Source: an uncultured Eubacteriales bacterium (GTDB taxonomy: Bacteria; Acidobacteriota; Aminicenantia; Aminicenantales; Saccharicenantaceae). Taken from it: a stretch of 64,000 nt of DNA. This document shows, in pieces, positions 56,702 to 64,000 of the stretch; the first letter of the stretch is position 1; every line of letters begins with the position of its first letter. The stretch spans positions 10,254-74,253 of the forward strand of contig CAZGJS010000013.1 in NCBI GenBank assembly GCA_964525875.1, written 5' to 3'. Both the position numbers and the translations under genes were made by a program. The notes below the pieces were generated by a model. That model was not told the DNA's origin. It searched no databases and saw nothing but the letters and a program-made list of their open reading frames with translations.

Positions 56702-58396
56702 TCATTCCAACCGAGGAATCCTATACTCCACCCTTCGACTGGGAGGCTGGAGAACGATATCCTCGTACCCACTCGCTCTCCTGAACCACAACCGGACTTG
56801 CTCCATGAAACCCGTGAATACCAGGAAGATCCCCTTCAGGATCACCCCCGGGCCGGCTTTGCCAAGAACCTTTGCGTACAATCTCATCGCCTTCCGGGCC
56901 TTCATCCTGGCAGCCCTGTTGGGTGCGAACAAGAGGGCGGGAAGCAGGATGGGGCGCAGGTTCAAGGCGATCTTCTGGAGACGTCTGATCCTCTGGCGCA
57001 TGAACACGTCGTCAGCAGCATGGTCGCTCTTCTCGTATCGCAGACTCTCGGGGTTCCAGACAAGCGATTCCGCCTCCCTCCATGTTCTATCGGCCTCGGC
57101 CTTCGCATAGCCTCGGACGGCGGTGATCGCCATGTTGAGGATACCAGGTCCGCTGGCCTCGTATTTCCTCCTGAATGCTTTTTTCAGCAGGTTAGCCTGT
57201 TCCTTTGGATCAACGATGTGCGGGTGGTTCCAGTTCAGTTCTCCCGCGCCGTGGTGGAAGCGCCAGTGGATGTCCTTGAGCCTTCCCTCGCCGGCAAGTC
57301 TTGCGTACAAGCCGGTGCATGGGCAGGGTGTGTAGTTCATGAACTGGGTCATGTCGGAACCGAGACCGATGATCCACTCGATGTCTTCCCTGATGGTCAC
57401 CTGGTCATGGTGGTCAAGGAAAAGGATGCCAGACGTTATCACCGAGATGCCCTTGTCCTGGAGCTGAGCTATCAGTTTGCCGATGTCTATGTCCTTAAGC
57501 TTCGCATGGGTGTTGGCCCTTGACTCGACACCGATCCAAATCATGTGTATGCCGAGTCGCACGAGGAAATCGATGCCCACATCGGTGGTCACCTCAGCAG
57601 AGGAGAATATGTCGAAGACGTAGGCCTTTCCCTGTGCCTCCAACTGGGTAAGAAGTTCCCTGGCTCGTTGGGGTTTCTTGAGGAAATTCTCATCGATAAT
57701 GGTAAATCCCCTTGAACCCAGTTCCTTTTCGGACTTCAGACAGGCATCGAACACCTGGGCCCCGGTCGACATAAAGGGCACATACTCCTTGCCGAACTTG
57801 AAGGAAGTGGCGCAGAACTCACAGGCATTGTTGCACCCCACCCCGGTGAGCAGGATCGACCCCTTCGTGGGAGTTCTTGCCCCATAGATGTACTCGTAAG
57901 CTGGGCCCAAGAGGGCAGGATGCACGATAGGTGCCGATGGGTCTTCCCCGAAGTACCGCCTCAGCCACTCCACACCCTCGCCCTCGCATACACCGTCGTG
58001 GGGTACGATGGTCTCCAGGGCAGGGACCATGGTGCCGAAGCCGCCCAGTATTATCTTCATCTCAGGGTGCTTAGATCTGATGTGCTCGGCCATCCTTCGA
58101 GCCTTTAGGATGTTGGGGACGATGAAGGTGATGCCCACGTGAGTGTAACCCTTTTCCAGTTCCCTCGTGAATTCTTCCCAGGTGGGAAAATCGAGAACAG
58201 TTGCAGGCACCGAGACCTTCTCCGCGAGCAGGTACAGCGGGAAGCTCCAGTAGGACTGCCGGGGCGAGTGGACTCCCTGCTGCCTCGTGATCTGATTGTT
58301 TAAGAGCTCCATCTGCATTCCAGTTCCCTCCGCGTAATCGTCTCTCACCCCGAAGGGACCGAAGACAGAAACCAGAAGAAGTCTTATCGGATTCAT
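56702..58396 (-). CDS. B12-binding-domain radical SAM protein (low GC)
   Basis: CNNACEFC (CxxxCxxC) radical SAM cluster motif preceded by cobalamin-binding-like Rossmann segment (KIILGGFG); GC ~52%. Confidence 0.65.
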   Translation of the reverse strand: MNPIRLLLVSVFGPFGVRDDYAEGTGMQMELLNNQITRQQGVHSPRQSYWSFPLYLLAEKVSVPATVLDFPTWEEFTRELEKGYTHVGITFIVPNILKARRMAEHIRSKHPEMKIILGGFGTMVPALETIVPHDGVCEGEGVEWLRRYFGEDPSAPIVHPALLGPAYEYIYGARTPTKGSILLTGVGCNNACEFCATSFKFGKEYVPFMSTGAQVFDACLKSEKELGSRGFTIIDENFLKKPQRARELLTQLEAQGKAYVFDIFSSAEVTTDVGIDFLVRLGIHMIWIGVESRANTHAKLKDIDIGKLIAQLQDKGISVITSGILFLDHHDQVTIREDIEWIIGLGSDMTQFMNYTPCPCTGLYARLAGEGRLKDIHWRFHHGAGELNWNHPHIVDPKEQANLLKKAFRRKYEASGPGILNMAITAVRGYAKAEADRTWREAESLVWNPESLRYEKSDHAADDVFMRQRIRRLQKIALNLRPILLPALLFAPNRAARMKARKAMRLYAKVLGKAGPGVILKGIFLVFTGFMEQVRLWFRRASGYEDIVLQPPSRRVEYRIPRLE

Positions 58397-58559
58397 GTGA
58401 ATCCAACCTCCTCATCGACGGATAACTTCGAAATAGCAATTGACCTATTAATAGAATGCCAAGGTAGGAATGTCAAATCACCTAAAAGGACTTATAGCGC
58501 AATTCTGCCCGGATCCTTGGTAACTAACTGAATTATGTGCTCCATATGCAAGGAATCGA

Positions 58560-58636
58560 TGGAGCCAGCGAGAGGGATCGAACCTCCGACCTGCTGATTA
58601 CGAATCAGCTGCTCTACCGACTGAGCTACGCTGGCC
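58560..58636 (-). tRNA. tRNA-Thr (anticodon CGU)
   Basis: GCCAGCG-TA-GCTC-AGTCGGTA-GAGC-A-GCTGA-TTCGTAA-TCAGC-AGGTC-GGAGG-TTCGATC-CCTCT-CGCTGGC-T-CCA; cloverleaf with U33, anticodon CGT, A37; encoded CCA. Confidence 0.85.
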
Positions 58637-58846
58637 TGGAGGGGCTCGGATAAATTAAACGAAACGTGCCTTCCTGTCAACTCAGAGGGACAGTCCCCAA
58701 CGGGACGGATAGCTGTCCGCGTTGGGGGCAGTCCCTCCCTGAGAAAGCGGGGACACGCACCGCTTCTCTCAAAGCGGTGCATGTCCCCTATCGCGGCGGG
58801 AACGGAAAAGAGGGACAGCCCCCTTCCAGGGGGACAGTCCCTCTTT

Positions 58847-59566
58847 TCATTTCAATACAAAGCGGACGGTGACGGTGAAGGTCACGGGGCGCGGCCGGCC
58901 GTTTATGACCATCGGCTCGTAGACCCATTGCCTGACGGCGTCGACGGCGGCCGCGTCGAGGAGCGGGAGCGACCGCAGTACGCGGACACCGGTGACACGG
59001 CCGTAAACATCGGTCGTCGCCTCGAGGATGACGACGCCCTCGACCCGGGCCTGCCGGGCGATTTCCGGATAGTCCGGTTCGACCCTCCGGGCGAGCCGGG
59101 GGGCTTTGATGTCGCCGACCGCCCGGACGACGGGCTCCGGCTCGCCGACGATCGCGAAGAGCGCCCTGCCGATAAGGTTCCCGGCGAAGCCGCCGGCGTC
59201 TCCGTAGTCGACGCCGCCGGGGATGCCGCCTTCTTCGCCTCCCATCCCGAAGCCCTCCTCGACGATGCCGTCGGGGATGTCGACGGGAGCGACCCTCCAG
59301 CTGCCAACGGCGGCGGCCGCGGGCTTCTTCACGAGGCGCGAGCCGGGATTCCCGGACCGTGCTTTCGGCGGCGGAAGCGGCGTTGCCGGCGGCGCGGGGA
59401 CCAAAACGACGCTGGTAAAACCGACCTCCGGCACGTCGCCCACCCGAAGCAGAGGGACCGTCACCAGTAGGGCCAGCGCCACCGCATGAACGAGGGCAGC
59501 GGCCGGAAGAGCCGCGGCTTTCGCCCGGAAATTCCTGTCCGGGACAAACAACGCGTCTTGGAACAT
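58847..59566 (-). CDS. TonB-like energy transducer (N-terminal TM anchor, Pro-rich spacer, TonB C-terminal domain)
   Basis: ATG 59566 with RBS AAGGAGG; TM AALVHAVALALLVTVPLL; PPATPLPPP; C-terminal domain near-identical to the other TonB_C copies in this window. Confidence 0.7.
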   Translation of the reverse strand: MFQDALFVPDRNFRAKAAALPAAALVHAVALALLVTVPLLRVGDVPEVGFTSVVLVPAPPATPLPPPKARSGNPGSRLVKKPAAAAVGSWRVAPVDIPDGIVEEGFGMGGEEGGIPGGVDYGDAGGFAGNLIGRALFAIVGEPEPVVRAVGDIKAPRLARRVEPDYPEIARQARVEGVVILEATTDVYGRVTGVRVLRSLPLLDAAAVDAVRQWVYEPMVINGRPRPVTFTVTVRFVLK

Positions 59567-59777
59567 ATTCGCCTCCTTGCGGCGGATTCCCGGAAGCTTT
59601 CGCTTCCAACATTGATACATTCGACCGGACTGGATATTCCGCTTCCAAGAGGGACAGTCCCCTCCGAGGACAGTCCCTCTTCAGTCCCCCCTTTCAAAAT
59701 CCGGGCGAATCGCATACAATACCCCTCTTGTTCGACCCCGCGGTTGGACCTATTCGACCGAAAGCGCCGCGACAACC

Positions 59778-62700
59778 ATGAACATGATCATCAAGAAGCT
59801 CGAGTTGCAGGGATTCAAGTCCTTCGCCGACAGGACGAAGATCGTCTTCCACCCCGGCATCACGGCCATCGTTGGCCCCAACGGCACGGGCAAGAGCAAC
59901 CTCGTCGACGCCATGCTCTGGGTCCTCGGCGGGCACCGCCAGAAAGTCGTGCGCGGCGACCGGACCGAGGACGTCATCTTCAACGGCAACGCCAAGAAGC
60001 CCGCCCTGAGCATGGTCGACGCGGTCCTGACCCTGGCCAGCGAGGAGGAAGAGCTCGTCGTATCGCACCGGGCCTTCCGCTCCGGGGAGAGCGAATACCG
60101 GATGAACGGCAAATCCGTCCGCCTCAAGGACATCCAGGACGAGCTCTGGCGGCACGCCATCGGCGAGAAGGAATACTTCGTCATCGAGCAGGGCTCTATT
60201 GGTAACTTCGTCACCGCCAAGCCGACCGAGAAGAGAGCGTTCATCGAGGAGGCCGCCGGCACGGCCTACTACAAGGACAAGAGGCGCCAGGCCCAGGCGA
60301 AGCTCGACAGCACCGGGCAGAACCTCATCCGCCTCGAAGACATCATCATCGAAGTCGATAAGGCGAAAAACTCCCTTCAGCGCCAGGCCCAGGCGGCCAA
60401 CCGCTACCGGCGCCTGCGCGAGCGCATCCGGGAGCTGACGTCCCACCACTACCAGAGAAAACTCGTCCTGCTCGAGAATTCCCAGGGCGAGGCCTCCGCC
60501 CTCTACGAGAAAGGTCTCCTCCGCGAACGGGACATCACGGCCCGCCTGCGGAGCGAGGAGAAGGACGCGGCGGCCCGGCGGAAGGAGCTCTGGGATCTGG
60601 AGAGGGGCCTCAAGGAGAGCCAGGAAAAGCTCTTCGGGCTGAAGTCCCTCGTCGCCAGGGTCGAGAGCGACATCGAGCGCGAATCGAAAAGGGTCGAGTT
60701 TTTCGAGGAGAAGAAAAAGCGCGCCGAAAGCGACCGCGACGAACTCCTCGAAGACGTCCTCATGCTGACCCAGGAATTCGAAGACCTCCGGGCAAGGCTC
60801 GGCGGTTTCGAGGAAACGCTCGGGACGAACCGGTCCGACGTCGTCCGCGCCGAGGCGGATCTCGAGGCGGCGCGCGAAGTCCGGCTTGCCGAGGAGAAGG
60901 ACATCGAGCGCCTGCGGGGCGACTACCTCCAGGCGCTGCAGGGGCTGACGGAGGCCAAGAACGAAAGCGTCAGGACCGACAAGGAGATCGAGCTCCTCAG
61001 CCGCCAGGAGGAGAAGCTCGCGGCCCAGTTCGGCGAGCAGGCCGGACTCATTGTCGAGACCACGGACCGGACGGGTGTCCTCGAACGGGATATCGCCGAG
61101 CACCGCGACCTCCGGCAAGCCCTGGTCAGCGGGGCGGAGGACGTCAAGACGGCGCTCGGCTCCCTGCGTTCTTCCCTGGAAGAAACCCGGCGCCGGCTCG
61201 AGGCGCTGAAAACGCGGCGGGACGAATCCGCCTACCATCTCCAGGCCCTCCGCAAGATCGACGAGAAAGAGCGCGGCGAGTTCCCGGCCGACGATGTCCC
61301 CGGCGGGCTGGGCATCCTGGCCGACCTCATCCGGACGAATCCGGAGAACGCCCTCCTCTTCGACACGTTCTGGCGGGAGGGGGCCAGGTCCCGCGTCGTC
61401 CCGGTCGAAGAATTCCTGAGGGGCCTTCCGGAGGGCCTGCGCGGAAACTACCTGCTCATCCCGGCCGCGGCCAGGCCGGCCATCCCCGAGGAGGTCCTTA
61501 GCCGCCCCGGAGTCATCGGACTGCTCAAGAGCCTCATCGAACCCGACGACCGTCTCAAGGACCGACTTCCCGGCCTCGAGGACGCCGTCATCGTCAGGGA
61601 CGCCGGCGAAGCGGTTCGGGCCTGGGTCGAACATCCCGGGCTGAACTTCCTGACGCCTTCGGGCGACCTGCTCTTGTCCTCCGGGCTCCTCCGGCTCGGC
61701 GAGAAGGCCGAAGGCGCGATCGCCCTGACCTCGGAGATGCGCCGGCTCGATGCGGAAATCGCCCGCCTCGAGTCCGAATCCGCCCCCGTCACCGCCGACC
61801 TCGAAGAAAAACAGAAGGGCATCGGAGCCCTCGAGGCGGAGCTTGCGGGCGTCCGCGAAAACCTCGAGCGGGCGGAGCGCGTCCTCCAGGATAGGGAGCG
61901 CGAACATCGCTACGGGCTCGGCGAGAGCGAAAGGATCCGGACGACGCAGACGATCCTCGGCCGCGAGCTCGGCCTCCTGCGCGACGAGAAAGGGCGGCTC
62001 GGCGAGACCCTCCGCAGCGCGGGCCAAGGCCTGTCGCTCCGCGAGTCCGAAACCCGGGAGCTCAAAGAAAGGATCGAAGCGAAGGAGACGGCCTTGGCCG
62101 CCCTCACGGCCGAAGCCGCCGGTCTCGAGCGCCGCTTCTTCGAAACGAAGGCCGGTCTCGACCTCGTCCAGGAAAAGATGAACGGCATCGGCGACCAGAT
62201 GCGGGCGACCGCGAAACGGAAGGAAGCCGCGACGGCCAAGATCCATCAGCTCGAGACCGACGCCCGGGGCAGCGAGGAGGACAAGGCCCGCCTCCGGGAC
62301 GAGATCCTGGCCCTCCGGGAAAGCGCCAAGACCCGCGGCGAAGAGCGCCTCCGGGCCGAGGCCGGATTGGAGGCGACAGAAGAAGAACTCGAGGAGGTCC
62401 GCAAGGCCCTCGAAGGGTCCGAGACGGTCGTCCAGAAAAGCCGGGAAGAGGAAGAGGCGGCCAAGAACGAGCGGGTCAGACACGAGATCCGCAAGGCCGA
62501 GGTCGAGCGCGACCTGGTCAACCTCGACGAAATGTGCTGGCAGGAGCTCAAGAAGACCCTGGCCGAGCTCCGGGCGGAGGCCAAGTCCGCCGGCGAGGCC
62601 GCTCCCGCGGCCGTCCCCGCCGACGACCAGGAGACCGAAGAGCCGGCCGAAGAAGAAGCCGAGGACGCCGACACCGAGGCTTCCGGGCCGGCGGACAAGG

Positions 62701-63449
62701 CCGTCCTTCCGGGCGAGGCCGTGAAGCCCAGGCGGACCGCGAAGAAATGGCGGCCCCTCGCCGAGATGGCCGACGACGAGGTCGAAAAAGAGCTCGAGGA
62801 TGCCCGCGAAACGCTCTCCCGCTTCAAGGCGGTCAACCTCATGGCCGAGGAGGAATACCTCGAGCAGAAGAAACGCTTCGACTTCCTCTTCGAGCAGCGC
62901 CGCGACCTCCGGGATTCCATCTCCTCCACCGAAGAGGCCATCCGCAAGATCGACGAAGAGAGCAAGACCCAATTCCTCAAGGCCCTGGAGGAGGTCAACA
63001 AGAACTTCCAGGAGATCTTCGCGGCCCTCTTCAAGGGCGGCAACGCCGAGGTCAAGCTCCTCGAGCCGGACAACCCCCTGGAGAGCGGCGTCGAGATCGT
63101 CGCCCAACCGCCGGGCAAGCGTGTCCAGAACCTCAACCTGCTCTCCGGCGGCGAGAAATCCCTGACCAGCCTGTCGTTCCTGTTCGCCCTCTTCCGCTAC
63201 CGGCCCTCGCCCTTCTGTTTCCTGGACGAAGTGGACGCCGCCCTCGACGACGTCAACCTGGCCCGCTTCCTCGACCTCCTGAAGACGATCAAGCACCAGA
63301 CCCAGTTCATCCTCATCACCCACAACTATAAGACGATGGAAGTGGCCGACTACATCTACGGCACGACCATGTCCGAACCCAACATGACCAAGCTCCTATC
63401 GGTGAAGTTCGAGAAAAAAAAGGGCGAAGAACCGAACAATTTGTTATGA
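59778..63449 (+). CDS. smc: chromosome segregation protein SMC
   Basis: N-terminal Walker A FHPGITAIVGPNGTGKSNLVDA, long coiled coils, hinge, C-terminal signature LSGGEKSLTSLSF and Walker B FCFLDEVDAALD; 1223 aa. Confidence 0.9.
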   Translation: MNMIIKKLELQGFKSFADRTKIVFHPGITAIVGPNGTGKSNLVDAMLWVLGGHRQKVVRGDRTEDVIFNGNAKKPALSMVDAVLTLASEEEELVVSHRAFRSGESEYRMNGKSVRLKDIQDELWRHAIGEKEYFVIEQGSIGNFVTAKPTEKRAFIEEAAGTAYYKDKRRQAQAKLDSTGQNLIRLEDIIIEVDKAKNSLQRQAQAANRYRRLRERIRELTSHHYQRKLVLLENSQGEASALYEKGLLRERDITARLRSEEKDAAARRKELWDLERGLKESQEKLFGLKSLVARVESDIERESKRVEFFEEKKKRAESDRDELLEDVLMLTQEFEDLRARLGGFEETLGTNRSDVVRAEADLEAAREVRLAEEKDIERLRGDYLQALQGLTEAKNESVRTDKEIELLSRQEEKLAAQFGEQAGLIVETTDRTGVLERDIAEHRDLRQALVSGAEDVKTALGSLRSSLEETRRRLEALKTRRDESAYHLQALRKIDEKERGEFPADDVPGGLGILADLIRTNPENALLFDTFWREGARSRVVPVEEFLRGLPEGLRGNYLLIPAAARPAIPEEVLSRPGVIGLLKSLIEPDDRLKDRLPGLEDAVIVRDAGEAVRAWVEHPGLNFLTPSGDLLLSSGLLRLGEKAEGAIALTSEMRRLDAEIARLESESAPVTADLEEKQKGIGALEAELAGVRENLERAERVLQDREREHRYGLGESERIRTTQTILGRELGLLRDEKGRLGETLRSAGQGLSLRESETRELKERIEAKETALAALTAEAAGLERRFFETKAGLDLVQEKMNGIGDQMRATAKRKEAATAKIHQLETDARGSEEDKARLRDEILALRESAKTRGEERLRAEAGLEATEEELEEVRKALEGSETVVQKSREEEEAAKNERVRHEIRKAEVERDLVNLDEMCWQELKKTLAELRAEAKSAGEAAPAAVPADDQETEEPAEEEAEDADTEASGPADKAVLPGEAVKPRRTAKKWRPLAEMADDEVEKELEDARETLSRFKAVNLMAEEEYLEQKKRFDFLFEQRRDLRDSISSTEEAIRKIDEESKTQFLKALEEVNKNFQEIFAALFKGGNAEVKLLEPDNPLESGVEIVAQPPGKRVQNLNLLSGGEKSLTSLSFLFALFRYRPSPFCFLDEVDAALDDVNLARFLDLLKTIKHQTQFILITHNYKTMEVADYIYGTTMSEPNMTKLLSVKFEKKKGEEPNNLL

Positions 63450-63485
63450 TAGCGCCGGTCGAACCGGACGTTTAGGAGGGCGGCA

Positions 63486-64000
63486 TGTCGAGTTATCTCA
63501 TCATCATCCTCGTCTATCTCCTCGCCTTGACGGTCCTGAACTTCGTCCGCTCCCGGCGGATCAAGAGCCAGGAGGAGTTCATGGTCGCCGGCCGGAGCCT
63601 GAAGTGGCAGGTCATGGTCTTCACCCTGATCTGCACCTGGATCGGCTCCGGGACGTTCATCAGCGGCGCCGAATTCGCCTCCAAGGCCGGCTTCTCGGCC
63701 CTCTGGCTGGCCGCCGGGGCCTGGGTGGGGATCATCCTCATCTATTTCCTCGCCGCCAAGATCCACACTTTCGGGCAGTACACGGTCGGCGACGTCCTCG
63801 AAGTCCGCTACGGACCGGCCGCTCGCCTCTTCGGGGCCGTCGCCCTGATCCTGTCGTTCGTTTCCATCGTCTCCTACCAGTTCGTCGCCGGCGGGTTCAT
63901 CCTCAACGTCATCACCGACGGCAAGATCTCCGAAGCGACGGGCACGTTCATCGCCGCCGCCTTCGTCATCCTCTTCACCGCCCTGGGCGGCATGGTCGCC
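63486..64000 (+). CDS. sodium:solute symporter family transporter (3'-truncated by window edge)
   Basis: RBS AGGAGGG; N-terminal TM helices with SSF-like motifs (FMVAGRSL, GSGTFISGAEFA); ORF open to end of window. Confidence 0.6.

Larger units (their letters stand above)
34713..58636. mobile_element. accreted array of at least six degenerate integrative islands at tRNA-Thr(CGU)
   Basis: Seven same-orientation copies of tRNA-Thr 3' end (34713, 36353, 46741, 51139, 52733, 55132, intact tRNA 58560-58636); accessory cargo, low-GC patches, IS21 remnant; no integrase retained. Confidence 0.55.

Noticed and set aside
34713-58636. Tyrosine integrase or excisionase genes expected next to tRNA-associated islands
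   Set aside because: All ORFs between the repeats were checked. None has integrase motifs (R..HxxR..Y). The islands appear decayed or fixed, so none is annotated.

Overview
High-GC (~67%) chromosomal window, probably from an Acidobacteriota-like metal-respiring bacterium. The taxonomic guess rests on recurrent TonB C-terminal domains, SBBP beta-propeller repeats and multiheme cytochromes. Four blocks stand out.

(1) 1-20.4 kb: housekeeping and regulatory genes. These include an OYE-family flavin reductase, a HAD hydrolase, a FAD-oxidoreductase::SDR fusion, msrB-msrA, rpoD, trxB, and two PAS-GGDEF proteins. There are also two paralogous ECF-sigma/anti-sigma modules tied to TonB C-terminal-domain proteins. 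In one module the TonB_C domain is fused to the anti-sigma factor. In the other it sits in a separate secreted protein carrying three tandem TonB_C domains.

(2) 20.6-33.5 kb: a candidate extracellular-electron-transfer locus. An MtrA-like decaheme cytochrome and an MtrB/PioB-like outer-membrane barrel converge on a 9-gene translationally coupled operon. In order: resB-ccsA (System II cytochrome c maturation), a NapC/NirT-type 17-heme cytochrome, a Rieske protein, cytochrome b, then 9-, 4- and 11-heme cytochromes and a di-heme membrane cytochrome b. The operon encodes 41 c-heme motifs, plus 10 in the MtrA-like protein.

(3) 34.7-58.6 kb: an accreted array of degenerate integrative islands anchored on tRNA-Thr(CGU). 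The 3' end of the tRNA recurs as six direct partial copies. Three copies carry an extended conserved pseudo-tRNA/arm segment. The cargo includes low-GC patches and an IS21 remnant with a solo IS end. No integrase gene survives.

(4) 58.8-64.0 kb: a canonical TonB-like gene, smc, and the start of a sodium:solute symporter gene.

A family of GGGACAGTCCC-containing hairpin motifs recurs at four loci. Homopolymer tracts (A10, C8, G8, G9) occur in and near coding sequences.
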